A program made the position numbers and the translations under genes. Below, piece by piece: positions 52,501-62,900 of a stretch of 64,000 nt of DNA (positions are counted from its first letter, which is position 1; every line of letters starts with the position of its first letter). The stretch spans positions 448,001 to 512,000 of the forward strand of contig BK006948.2 of the NCBI GenBank assembly GCA_000146045.2, in the 5' to 3' direction. This stretch comes from TPA_inf: Saccharomyces. Its lineage: Eukaryota. The notes under the pieces are model-generated. The model worked only from the letters and a program-made list of their open reading frames with translations, was not told the origin of the DNA and made no database searches.

Positions 52501-54452
52501 CAAGAAAACATTTCGGAGTAATTTAGTTTTGCTTTGAACACAAATTCGTTCACTTTATCCATCTGGTAAAATTCGTCGGTGATGTGGTTAGAAGAGATCC
52601 ATATTTCTCCAACAGTGAGGTCTTGCACCAACGTATTCGTATCTGGATTAACCACACATAAAGTGATATCAGGAATTGGGAAGCCAAATGTTTCTAATTT
52701 AAGATAATCTTTGAAGGAGCTTGATGAATTAATCATAGCAGTTATGCTACATTCAACCTCATTAAGCTTCAATTTCTCGCGGTTTATAAACAATTCATTT
52801 TGAAGCCTTAGTTTTGAATTATGTATTGGAAAGTTCTCTAGGTTTCCTAATTGATCTCTTATAGATATAAAGATACCACCAAAGTCCAATAACGTTAACA
52901 TGGGAGAATAACAAAATGGTGCATCAATACATCCTAAATTTTTCAGCCATTTATGAACAACCATCTCGCTTACATCGGTATCTATAGTGGTACATGAGGT
53001 TAAACATGACTTGATGCAACTGAAATCTATTTTGTGCTTCTTGGAAAAAGCTGATTCGGGATTTTCCAAATAATTAATAACTACCTGCTTCAATTGTAGC
53101 TGATCATTCAGTAAAATGTCGGCTCTAAATTTATCAATGATATTTTCATAGCCCCCAGGTCGTTGTAATATACTACTATCGATAGATATCATAAGATTAC
53201 CAGTAAAAAGATTGAAAAGCACACCCATTATCAAACCAGTAGATCTAGTAGGGTCCAGACTATTCAAGATAACAAACCTTGAGTTGGTTGCCATAATTTT
53301 TTTGTGAAATGGCTTCCTGATGCTTTGTGATTTTTGTTTCCAGTGAGGCATTGATCGTGAGTTTAGAATTTTTGTCATCGTTTCAAATTGGTTTATTAAG
53401 ATGTTATGCTTCATGACGACGCCAGAAAGACGACCTAGCGGTGTTCTAGTAAACTCTATATATGAAATATTCGGTATATCAAAGGTAGGCGAAGTTTTTT
53501 TTGCCTTTGTGTACGTCCCTAAGTCATCAGTCTTGACAAATTTGATTTGCTGGAAAACATCGTTCTTAACCAGTTTAACTTTTGAATGATTTGATGACGA
53601 ATACAAGTTATCTAATTGTCTATGACATGCGTTAGAAATCAGAACAAATTTCGAATTTGTTACTTTAATTATCTCAAGGATCTCACGCAGAGAATACGTT
53701 TCGAATGAGACTGGTACAGCTGCCATGCCGGATATGAAACAGCCTAATAATGCAATAGTAAATTCGATGACATCATTTTTATTGTACCATAGTAAAATCT
53801 TATCCATTTTGTAAAGGTGACTCTTATTCAATTCATGTGCTACCCTCTCCGCTTTCAAATAAAGTTTATCCCATGTGATGAACGTTTCTTTGCCTTTAGA
53901 ATTTATGCTGATCATCGCTGTTTGACCATCATAATGTTCAAAGCGTCCCCGTAAAATTAGCGGTAAAGAATCCGTCATTGCTGAGTCTCCACTGCTAGTA
54001 TTTTCGGCTCCAGTGTGTCTTGGTAGTAATGGTATCATAGGATTATAAACGGCATCCTTCACTGAACCGTTTTCATCACTGGAACCTGGCAATGACGATT
54101 GCAAAGAAGCTGTATATCTCTTGCTCCGCCTTCTGGGAGTATTGTTCGCAGAAGTCGAGTTTATAGTTGTGACACGATAGATAGAATGACGTCTGTCAAT
54201 TGAATTAGGTAACGACGTAATGGATGATGCAAGACTTGTATTTCTTCTGTGCAAATGTTTCGACTTTCTCGAATTGGGAGATCGAAGCGGGGTATAAGGC
54301 CTCATTTGGGAGATTTCAAATTTGTCTAGCAATTGTTTTCTTTTGGTCTCATAACCCTTTCTTGTTAGATTTTCATCCTTATAGTCTTGAATTAACTCAT
54401 TTAACCGACTTTGCAGATCTAGAGGTAAGGTAGGAGGAATAGAAAAATCCAT
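49506..54452 (-). CDS. CMR2: Very large DIP2-like protein with two tandem degenerate adenylate-forming (fatty-acyl-AMP-ligase-like) domains (YOR093C/CMR2).
   Basis: 1648-aa ORF. The conserved AMP-binding core motif is seen once in canonical form (SYLRTGDLGF) and once degenerate (YFMRTKLMGF), with degenerate P-loop-like segments (FTRTPLGRLSGVVMKH; ICSHTSGLGFMF). Confidence 0.8.
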   Translation of the reverse strand: MDFSIPPTLPLDLQSRLNELIQDYKDENLTRKGYETKRKQLLDKFEISQMRPYTPLRSPNSRKSKHLHRRNTSLASSITSLPNSIDRRHSIYRVTTINSTSANNTPRRRSKRYTASLQSSLPGSSDENGSVKDAVYNPMIPLLPRHTGAENTSSGDSAMTDSLPLILRGRFEHYDGQTAMISINSKGKETFITWDKLYLKAERVAHELNKSHLYKMDKILLWYNKNDVIEFTIALLGCFISGMAAVPVSFETYSLREILEIIKVTNSKFVLISNACHRQLDNLYSSSNHSKVKLVKNDVFQQIKFVKTDDLGTYTKAKKTSPTFDIPNISYIEFTRTPLGRLSGVVMKHNILINQFETMTKILNSRSMPHWKQKSQSIRKPFHKKIMATNSRFVILNSLDPTRSTGLIMGVLFNLFTGNLMISIDSSILQRPGGYENIIDKFRADILLNDQLQLKQVVINYLENPESAFSKKHKIDFSCIKSCLTSCTTIDTDVSEMVVHKWLKNLGCIDAPFCYSPMLTLLDFGGIFISIRDQLGNLENFPIHNSKLRLQNELFINREKLKLNEVECSITAMINSSSSFKDYLKLETFGFPIPDITLCVVNPDTNTLVQDLTVGEIWISSNHITDEFYQMDKVNEFVFKAKLNYSEMFSWAKYEMPTNEKSQAVTEQLDTILNICPANTYFMRTKLMGFVHNGKIYVLSLIEDMFLQNRLIRLPNWAHTSNLLYAKKGNQSAQPKGNTGAESTKAIDISSLSGETSSGYKRVVESHYLQQITETVVRTVNTVFEVAAFELQHHKEEHFLVMVVESSLAKTEEESKNGETTDTTLMKFAETQRNKLETKMNDLTDQIFRILWIFHKIQPMCILVVPRDTLPRRYCSLELANSTVEKKFLNNDLSAQFVKFQFDNVILDFLPHSAYYNESILSEHLSKLRKMALQEEYAMIEPAYRNGGPVKPKLALQCSGVDYRDESVDTRSHTKLTDFKSILEILEWRISNYGNETAFSDGTNTNLVNSSASNDNNVHKKVSWASFGKIVAGFLKKIVGSKIPLKHGDPIIIMCENSVEYVAMIMACLYCNLLVIPLPSVKESVIEEDLKGLVNIIQSYKVKRVFVDAKLHSLLNDNNVVNKCFKKYKSLIPKITVFSKVKTKNALTVSMFKNVLKQKFGAKPGTRIGMTPCVVWVNTEYDVTSNIHVTMTHSSLLNASKIVKETLQLRNNSPLFSICSHTSGLGFMFSCLLGIYTGASTCLFSLTDVLTDPKEFLIGLQNLNVKDLYLKLETLYALLDRASSLIEGFKNKKENINSAKNNTSGSLREDVFKGVRNIMIPFPNRPRIYTIENILKRYSTISLSCTQISYVYQHHFNPLISLRSYLDIPPVDLYLDPFSLREGIIREVNPNDVSAGNYIKIQDSGVVPVCTDVSVVNPETLLPCVDGEFGEIWCCSEANAFDYFVCNSSKNKLYKDPFITEQFKSKMKSEVNNTLSYLRTGDLGFIKNVSCTNSQGEVVNLNLLFVLGSIHESIEILGLTHFVSDLERTVKDVHSDIGSCLIAKAGGLLVCLIRCKERHNPILGNLTTLIVSELLNKHGVILDLCTFVRTKGISPKNSSMIMEVWAKNRASIMQAWFDQKIQIEAQFGINYGENISIYLLSDYEKDNI

Positions 54453-54794
54453 TGGAGTAACTCAATGCCACACGCTTTTACACAGAACTGAATCACCCTA
54501 ACACCAAGTTTACGGAAGCAAATGTTAAATCTGTTGAAGCTCTTTTGACTACATTATAAACAGAAATAAAACATACTAGAAAGTAATCGGGTTTTGACGA
54601 TTTCATCCATTACCCGTCCGAATGATGGCACTTATAAGATAATGAAGATGTACGCAGCATTAAAACCCTATTTGCAGAAGCATAGTAAGACGCAACGTAC
54701 GCTGAATTAGACTGAGACATTACAGTTGCTTTGACATTGGGAAGATAATTGGGATTTAGAACGGAAAAAAGGAAAAGACAAGCTAATTGTAGAG

Positions 54795-55346
54795 ATGGGC
54801 AATTCAATTTCGAAGGTTCTGGGAAAACTATTTGGCTCGAAAGAAATGAAAATTTTGATGCTAGGCCTGGATAAGGCTGGTAAGACAACAATATTGTACA
54901 AACTAAAATTAAATAAAATAAAGACGTCTACTCCCACTGTCGGTTTTAACGTGGAAACCGTTACTTATAAAAACGTAAAATTCAACATGTGGGATGTAGG
55001 AGGACAACAAAGATTGAGACCTCTCTGGAGACATTATTTTCCAGCCACCACCGCACTTATCTTTGTGATAGATTCTAGTGCTAGAAACCGTATGGAAGAG
55101 GCCAAAGAAGAGTTATATAGTATCATAGGTGAGAAAGAGATGGAGAATGTAGTACTGCTGGTATGGGCAAACAAACAAGATTTGAAAGATGCAATGAAAC
55201 CTCAAGAGGTTTCCGATTTTTTAGAACTGGAGAAAAATTTGAAAAACCAACCTTGGTGTGTCATCGGTAGTAACGCCTTATCCGGACAGGGTCTTGTTGA
55301 AGGATTATCCTGGATTTCGAACAACACAAACGTTCCAAAGAAATAA
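54795..55346 (+). CDS. ARF3: ADP-ribosylation factor (Arf6-like), N-myristoylated small GTPase.
   Basis: 183-aa ORF: MGNSISK..., GLDKAGKTT (P-loop), WDVGGQ, NKQD. Confidence 0.95.
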   Translation: MGNSISKVLGKLFGSKEMKILMLGLDKAGKTTILYKLKLNKIKTSTPTVGFNVETVTYKNVKFNMWDVGGQQRLRPLWRHYFPATTALIFVIDSSARNRMEEAKEELYSIIGEKEMENVVLLVWANKQDLKDAMKPQEVSDFLELEKNLKNQPWCVIGSNALSGQGLVEGLSWISNNTNVPKK

Positions 55347-55551
55347 ACATTGCATTTATTGGTGTTGAATCTGCATACACCGATTGTTCATCCTTCATTT
55401 TTACTGGATTGTACTTTACTAAAAAGAAAACTTCTGGAAAAAAAACAGTATCCAAATAACTAAATAGCTTTAATAATACAATATAAAAAATGGAGACACT
55501 GTTGTGAAAAGTCAACCTTTACTACGGTTTCTGTCTTTGCCTTTGATCTGC

Positions 55552-56328
55552 TCACTTTTCGGTAACTTCAACACTACCGTCAGAATTACCGAAGTAGGCT
55601 TTTGAAGCGTTGTCGATGAATAAACCTGTTTCCACCACGCCCACTAACAGTTTGATTTCTCTATGCAATTTTCTTGGATCGGAAATTTCACCGAAATCCG
55701 CATCGATAATGAAGTTATTATTGTCAGTTACAACAGGACCTGCTTTAGCAGAACCTCCTTGTCTGATGTCAACTTTTTCAGCATGCAATTGTTCTAATAG
55801 ATCATTCTTGACCCTCACGTATGAGGAAGGTACAATTTCAATGGGAACACCTTGCCTCCAGTTCTTACCTAAATGTTTTGGTGACTTTTTTCTTGAATCA
55901 GCAACGACAATGAAGGTTTTAGCACTAGTACTAACCAATTTTTCTTGAAATAGACAAGCACCACCACCTTTAATTAATTGTAAATTCTCATCCACTTCAT
56001 CAGCACCGTCAAACGCTATATCAATGCGAGGATACTGTTCAATGGAGCCTAATTGCAACTTGTTATCCAAAATCAAGTTTCTTGATTGGAATCCTGTTGG
56101 AATGCAAATGAATTTAGACGCTACTTCATAAAATTTAGGGTCATGCAAATATTGTCCAATTCTTTCGGCAACATAAACCACTGTGCTACCACTACCAATT
56201 CCAATAATTTTGTGATCATCAAATTTTAAATTTTCATCAACTGCTCTGTATGCTGCAGCTCTCTTGGCATCCTCCAAAGGATTGCCCAAAGATTCTAACG
56301 CATCAATTTTTGGGACACCGGCAGCCAT
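55552..56328 (-). CDS. RKI1: Ribose-5-phosphate isomerase A.
   Basis: 258-aa ORF with [10 protein letters not shown] and DGADEVD, both RpiA-family motifs. Confidence 0.95.
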   Translation of the reverse strand: MAAGVPKIDALESLGNPLEDAKRAAAYRAVDENLKFDDHKIIGIGSGSTVVYVAERIGQYLHDPKFYEVASKFICIPTGFQSRNLILDNKLQLGSIEQYPRIDIAFDGADEVDENLQLIKGGGACLFQEKLVSTSAKTFIVVADSRKKSPKHLGKNWRQGVPIEIVPSSYVRVKNDLLEQLHAEKVDIRQGGSAKAGPVVTDNNNFIIDADFGEISDPRKLHREIKLLVGVVETGLFIDNASKAYFGNSDGSVEVTEK

Positions 56329-57294
56329 TTCTTTCCTATGTTGTATTTATATGAGGTTGCAGTATGCGGTAACCAAGTTTATGTAACACGATGTTGTTAA
56401 TTTTCTACAAGAGAAAAGAACGTCCCAGTACAAAGAGAATAAATTGCATGTAATAAATTGAAACAGTTTCACACTGCAACGCAAGCCGTACATATATTAT
56501 ATTATCCAAAGCGTACGTAAACTGACACCCAATTACGAACCAGATGAAATTTCACCGAGTTAATCGCTTTTCCCTCATCGCAAAAAAATTTTTCAACTCA
56601 TCGCGACTTTTCACTGCCTCGGCCACAAGCAATCTGGGCCATGCCATTACTCCCATTAGCCCGAAAAAAAGAGGGGGTATGAAGCTAGTACATCATTATA
56701 ACAAGTACTAAACTCAATTAATTCACTTACGAGACTTATACCAACGCTGGTTGATATACCACATTTGGCAGCATCCAAGGTTTCTCGTAAAATAGCTATA
56801 GTGTGGCGGACTTACCGGATGTCATTGTATAATCTTTTATAGAAAAAGGCTTTCTGAAATTTGAACATGACTAATTAACGCATATCAGGTGGGTAATCTT
56901 TCCGCAATACTATAACTTTGCTAGAAGTTATGTAAACGTTTTAGTTTACAAGAGAAAGTTTTGTGAACATTATCAGTGCCAAAACAGAAGCGGTATTACG
57001 ATCGAAAATGCCAAATAAGACCGTCCGATGCCCCTTTCTTCTGCTACTCGTGATCTCACCGGCAGATAATGATTGAGTAATATCATGAATCTCTCCAAGA
57101 AACAATACTCAACTTAATGCGTTCGCAAACTGCTATTAGAATAAAAATAATGTTTCAAAAATAACGATCTTGATGTCTATACCAACCATGCATGATTTCC
57201 TATTGTGCGTGCCTTATTTACGCACGTTTTTCAACATACGGCTCTATCACCGAAGGCGCTCAAGAGCAGAATAATATGACCGTCATTCATTTCA

Positions 57295-57331
57295 AACCCA
57301 TACACAATGAACCTTATCACACCCAAACATA
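57295..57331. promoter_or_regulatory. Two tandem Rap1-like sites (aAACCCATACACa and ACACCCAAACATA) about 460-500 bp upstream of RPS7A.
   Basis: Seen directly. The Rap1 consensus is ACACCCRYACAYM; paired sites are typical of ribosomal-protein gene promoters. Confidence 0.4.
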
Positions 57332-57793
57332 TGATATGGTATTAAAAAATGAAAAAAATTCATTATTCTTTAGCGTAATTATTGAAGAAAAAACAGTGCG
57401 CGCGGTAATTTTTTGTCACTCAGTAACTAGAGAGAAGCCGAATGTACTCCCCCGGCTAGCTGGAGACCATGGCTCTGCCTAGGATTTCTCTTATGCTTTC
57501 CTTTCACCAATCACTTTGTTCCGGCGAGGCCCGCGAAGCTCGCTTTCTTTCAGCCTAGCAATCATGTTCTTGCCAGCGTCGTAGACTACTGTATGGCAGT
57601 TGCTGCACTTGCCATGAATATCCTAGTGAAGCCTCTATGCAATAATCCAGTTACTGCGTTAGAATCCTGGTAAAATGTCTAATCTTATTACATTACAGCA
57701 ACGTATTAGATTTTGATTGAAAATTAGTCCTTGCGACTTGGTATATATCTTATTTTAAGAAAGCTGAAAGGAAGAAAGATCATCACGAACAAC

Positions 57794-57937
57794 ATGTCTG
57801 CTCCACAAGCCAAGATTTTGTCTCAAGCTCCAACTGAATTGGAATTACAAGTTGCTCAAGCTTTCGTTGAATTGGAAAATTCTTCTCCAGAATTGAAAGC
57901 TGAGTTGAGACCTTTGCAATTCAAGTCCATCAGAGAA
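57794..57937 (+). CDS. RPS7A: Ribosomal protein S7 (eS7), exon 1 (48 codons).
   Basis: MSAPQAKILSQAPTELELQVAQAFVELENSSPELKAELRPLQFKSIRE is followed immediately by a GTATGT 5' splice site at 57938. Confidence 0.9.
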
Positions 57938-58338
57938 GTATGTTATTAATTTGAATCTAAACTTAAGAATAATGGAGAGTAACAAAGGAAAAAAGTGTGA
58001 ACGGGACGATACCAGAATGTTTCAATCTAGAAAAGTATAAAAGATAAGGACTAGGACTCAAATGTATTTGGCTGACTATCGCCTGAACCTTGATGCTAAG
58101 CAAATACCATATCTTCAAGAAAAAGCCTACTCCAGTGTTTAAGAAGAAGGGAACGATTTACTAGATCATGCTATACGCAGTAAGGTTCTGATAGTTAATT
58201 ACAATCGGTCCAAGTTCTAAGCGGTGTCGTCCATGCATATATCATTTACAAGTTACTGGCGTCAACTCTTCAAATATTCAAAATATCACCTAATCAAACT
58301 TACTAACATTTTCCTTTTTTGTTTTCCTTCTTTTATAG
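57938..58338 (+). other. RPS7A: Spliceosomal intron of RPS7A (401 nt).
   Basis: 5'SS GTATGT (57938-57943), branch point TACTAAC (58301-58307) and 3'SS TAG (58336-58338). Splicing restores the frame to give a 190-aa eS7. Confidence 0.9.
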
Positions 58339-58767
58339 ATCGACGTTGCTGGTGGTAAGAAGGCTTTGGCCATTTTTGTTCCAGTCCCATCTTTGGCTGG
58401 TTTCCACAAGGTTCAAACTAAGTTGACCCGTGAATTGGAAAAGAAATTCCAAGACCGTCATGTCATCTTCTTGGCTGAAAGAAGAATCTTGCCAAAGCCA
58501 TCTAGAACATCTAGACAAGTCCAAAAGAGACCAAGATCCAGAACCTTGACTGCTGTTCATGACAAGATCTTGGAAGACTTAGTCTTCCCAACTGAAATCG
58601 TTGGTAAGAGAGTTAGATATTTGGTTGGTGGTAACAAGATCCAAAAGGTTTTGTTAGACTCAAAGGATGTCCAACAAATCGACTACAAATTGGAATCTTT
58701 CCAAGCTGTTTACAACAAATTGACTGGTAAGCAAATTGTTTTCGAAATTCCAAGTGAAACTCATTAG
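58339..58767 (+). CDS. RPS7A: Ribosomal protein S7 (eS7), exon 2.
   Basis: [37 protein letters not shown]...VFEIPSETH* is in frame with exon 1 after intron removal. Confidence 0.9.
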   Translation: MDVAGGKKALAIFVPVPSLAGFHKVQTKLTRELEKKFQDRHVIFLAERRILPKPSRTSRQVQKRPRSRTLTAVHDKILEDLVFPTEIVGKRVRYLVGGNKIQKVLLDSKDVQQIDYKLESFQAVYNKLTGKQIVFEIPSETH

Positions 58768-58977
58768 TTAATATAATAATATCTAAATCTTTATTATTAG
58801 TTAGTAACAACTTTGTTTATTTTATAGCACAATAAGATAATAAAAACTCCAAATTCCAAAAAAAAATACTTTTTGCAAAGATCTGAATCAAATAAATTTT
58901 ATGACAACTATGCATAGTTACATACTTTTTCACCGCCGTATGATTGCCGCTAAATCGACAGGTTGCCATACAAACAT

Positions 58978-59505
58978 TTATTTATGTCGTGCCATGTTTA
59001 TAAAATTTTCGTATCTGTTGGAGTTAGATAAGCCTACGCTTGATGGACCGTTGGGTGGCTTTCTAAGTGAGCTCGTGCCATCACAATTAATATAAGGAAT
59101 TGTAGATGTTTCTTTCGTTATAGGTATTTCAAAATAATTATAAGAACCTACGCCCTCGTCTTTCTCCATTGGAACAGTTGCCGTTTTCGCAGTTCTTTTT
59201 GGTTCAGTCCTCATATCATGTGATTCCCCTGGCTCTCCTGATCTTTTTATACTTACTTTGAAATCGTCATATGTGTATTTCTTTGATGCAACTCCGATAA
59301 CGAAGACAATGCTTCCAATAATAACTAAGAATTTGCATACCGTTATTAAACCTACCAAAAGTTTACCTATAAGCTTCTGTAATATTGGCCCCATCATTGT
59401 TGTGAATACGCACCCTACCAAAAATGATGGGAAATCCAGCACAATACTGCCAGGCCCACTACCTATTGTAATTTTCCATCGTAACCAATCCCTTTTCAAA
59501 TCCAT
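58978..59505 (-). CDS. Uncharacterised 175-aa protein with one central predicted transmembrane helix (YOR097C).
   Basis: ORF with the hydrophobic segment LLVGLITVCKFLVIIGSIVFVIGV; no recognisable catalytic motif. Confidence 0.55.
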   Translation of the reverse strand: MDLKRDWLRWKITIGSGPGSIVLDFPSFLVGCVFTTMMGPILQKLIGKLLVGLITVCKFLVIIGSIVFVIGVASKKYTYDDFKVSIKRSGEPGESHDMRTEPKRTAKTATVPMEKDEGVGSYNYFEIPITKETSTIPYINCDGTSSLRKPPNGPSSVGLSNSNRYENFINMARHK

Positions 59506-59947
59506 CCGTGACTTCTATGTCTCGTTACTTTCACAGCGTGTGGAGCTACTAGAAAAGTGGCAAAGCTAAACAGCTGATCGAAGTAAACAGAAAAGAACAC
59601 TAATTGTAGATCAGGCTGTGTACTAGACCTTATTTTACTGTATTTTTTCGGAAAGAAAAAAGGAGCGCTTTGCAGATCGAAAGTTTCGCTCGTAAATTAT
59701 TTGTAAGATGCTATTCATAATATGTTAACTGAGAGAAACCAGGTCAAAACAAAACAATTTTGGGCTCTTGCCTCCAAATTTGCCTACCCTAGAACAGGTA
59801 TCCATTATCTCGCCTGTACCCGATTAAAAAAAAGACCAATTATTTAAAACTTCTCAAGAAGTTTCATATGCAGTGTATAAGTTGAAGGAATATAGGAATA
59901 TATATCCTTCAGAAAAGCAACACAATACCTAATTACATAACCGATAT

Positions 59948-62900
59948 TTACCTTTTAGAGTGCCTCATTCTTGCAATCTTTCTGTTCGCCATAACACCAC
60001 CGCCCATGCTCATGCCATTATTTGTTCCCATCCCCATCTGATTAGGGGCTGACTGCGGCTGCCCAAAAGAAGTTGTCGGCACACCACCTGCCCCCCCAAA
60101 AATGGATGATGGATTTGTTACGTTTGAATTGGAACCAGAGGCAGCATTCGCACCAAATATATCACTTGGCCTTAATGCATTGGTCGCGGTATTAGTAATT
60201 CCGCCATTCAATCCGCTAAAATTAATATTAGGAACTGTTGATGGCGTGAATGAGCTGTTTGTATTGAAAGATGGGGTTTGCGATTGATGTGGTTGGTTAT
60301 TAGAGCCGGCAAACACCGTATTAGCATTAGTGTTGCCGTTCATATTAAATACAGAGCCGCCACCAGGCGTTGAATTATTTCCCGTAAAATTAAAAGCAGA
60401 GGGAACATTGACATTTTGTGCATTCGTGGAAGGAGGTTTATTGAATAAACCAGCATTAGCATTAGTTGACGAAGTTGCTGATGTAAAAGGATTGAGACCC
60501 CCTGCACCATTGTTTCCAAAATTAAATGAAGATTGATTAGAAGCTGCACCAGTTGCTGCTGTTCCTGAGCTCGAAAAGCCAAATGCCGAGCCCGCTCCAT
60601 TCGTATTGCCACTAGCGATACTTTGATCCGGTTTTCCTACGTTAAATGTACCCGCTATATTGGTTCCTGAGGTATTGGAAGTAGTAGTTGTGCCGTTACC
60701 AGTAGCAGGGGCGTTAAACGAGAATGATGTGGAGTTTGCTGAGGCATTGGTACCATTGGTGTTAGCAGTACCGAATGAAAATGCAGATTTAGATGTTGTA
60801 TTACCAGTAGCGTCTGTTGGCTTACCCAAGACAGGAATCGGCGTTGAGGAAGCAGAACCATCGAAGAAAGAAGTTGGAGAGTTTGACTTTTCTTTATTGT
60901 GATTGAACTTTGTAAAGGAAAAGCCATTTGATAGCTTCTCCGTATTTGCTGCCGCTGTACTTGCTGTCGACTTCATCGACTCGGGAGCCCCAAAACTAAA
61001 AGATGGTTTTGTGCTAGTGGTTGTTGTATTATTTGTTGTGGAACCGCCAAAGGTGAAAGATGGCGGTGTAGGTCTTTTATCTGTCTCATTAGCAGGAGGT
61101 TTAGTGAAAGAAAATGAGGTGTTAGAGCCTGGTGGTTCTTTAGCTGCATCTGACTTACCAAATGAAAACAATGGCTTTGGTTGTGAGGTTTTTGAAGACG
61201 CAAACGTAAAGGAGGGCTTTTTAGGTTCCGAAACAACAGATGAATCTTTTTGAGCAGGTTCAGTAAAAGAAAAAGTTGGCTTGAGAGTCTTATCATCCGT
61301 CGGTGCTTGAACATCAACAGGCTTGCCCGGAAACGAAAACGAGGGTTTAGCTGCTTCGTTTGAAATTGGACTACTCTTACGTTCCTCCTCTGACTTAGAG
61401 AAAGAGAATGTAGGTTTCGCACTTCCCTCAGAGATCTTATTTTCACTTGTTGACTGCCCAAAAGTAAAAGTAGGCTTCTTGACTATTGTGGCAGGTGTCT
61501 CAGATGGTTTGGTGTGTGTTTCTTTCGCGGTGGCGGCTTTACCAAAGGTAAATTGTGCAGAGGAGTCAATATTGCTTGTTACATCAGCTTTTTTTCCGAA
61601 TGTAAATAATGGTGTACCTTCAGCTTGCTTATCACTTGCACCAAAGACAAAGCTTGGTTTCCCTGATGCGTCCTTTTCTGACTCTCCCTTTTTGGTCTCC
61701 TTTTGATCACCGGTCTTGCCGAAATCGAATAAAGGCTTGGTGTTTGTATCCTCGCTAACAGGTAAACGCCTTTTTCTTTTGGGCTCATTTTCATCATCAC
61801 CTTCATCACCATTCTCTTCTTGTTTACCAAAAGAAAATATTGGAGCAGTTGATTTTGGAGGCGCGTCTGATTCTGTATGATTTTCACTTTTTTCGGATGT
61901 CTTTCCAAATTTAAAAGGTTGACTGGCAGAAGTAACGGTATCTGATTTACCACCAAAATTGAATAAAGTTGTGGAAGGGACAGTATTGTCGACAGCCTTA
62001 GTTTTATTAGCCTTTTGGCTAAAATTGAATGATAAGGTAGGCGCCTCGGCAGTTTTCGTTGACTTATCGGTTTTTCCCATTTCTACACTCGATTTAAAGA
62101 CTGCACCTGCAGAAGAAGTTGCCTTAGGAGAAGTTTTCTTAGATGGAGTCTCATTGTCCTTGATAAAGTCAAAACCTACGGTGGGCAAAACAATACTTTC
62201 TTTGTCCTTTTTGGGCTCAATATTTTTCTTTAACGTAGGCGTACCAGAGCGCTCTGAATTGGGAACAAAGCTCTCCTGAATAGGGGCAGTTTTTGCAACT
62301 GTGGAAGCTGGTCCTTTTAAAAGTAGATTTTTTTGAGGATTCGATAACCTATTAGAGTTGATGTCTGCACGTAGGTCTTCAATTTCGCTTGTCAGGTTAG
62401 GGCCTGTAGCCAGATTGCCATTTGAAATACTACTCTTAATATTATTTCTATTCTCGCTTGTCTTCTGATCACCGCCAGCGTTACCTTCCTTATCCTTGTT
62501 ATCCTTTTTTTGTATAGCGTCATATTCTGACAAATCATATTCAAAATTTGCTGACCACACGGTCCCCTTTGACTGACTATGAAACCTTTTTCTATTGGAT
62601 CTATTTTTCAATGATTTGAGAATGGGTAGTCCAACATTGGTGTCTTCACCGCTTTTTCCGGCCAACTGCCTAGTGCAAGAACCGTTTTTAATAGGGGAAG
62701 GAGTAGATGATGTGCATAGGTACGATCCTCCCTCATCGCTTTTACTTTGAGAGCCCAATATAACCGACGATGTAATAGATGGAAATTCAGTTGATTGAAT
62801 TAATCCAAGCTCACGCATATTTCTCACCCTCTGCTTCTCCCTTAATAACCTCAGTCTTTGAATGGGCAAAATTGGCAAAAGCGGCGGTCTCTCAGTGTTT

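Noticed and set aside
5768-55346. Apparent clustering of membrane-traffic genes (VPS5, GYP1, UFE1, VPS21, ARF3, TCB1, OST3) and Start/cell-cycle genes (MSA1, WHI5, CDC21, SGO1), considered as a possible co-regulated 'system'.
   Set aside because: Budding yeast has no operons. These genes are on different strands with independent promoters and unrelated intervening genes. Trafficking and cell-cycle genes are numerous genome-wide, so this density is unremarkable.
57938-58338. A possible intron-hosted snoRNA in the RPS7A intron.
   Set aside because: I could not find a C (RUGAUGA)/D (CUGA) pair with terminal stem, or an H (ANANNA)/ACA arrangement. This was a visual inspection only, so confidence is low, and it is listed as a check under findings.
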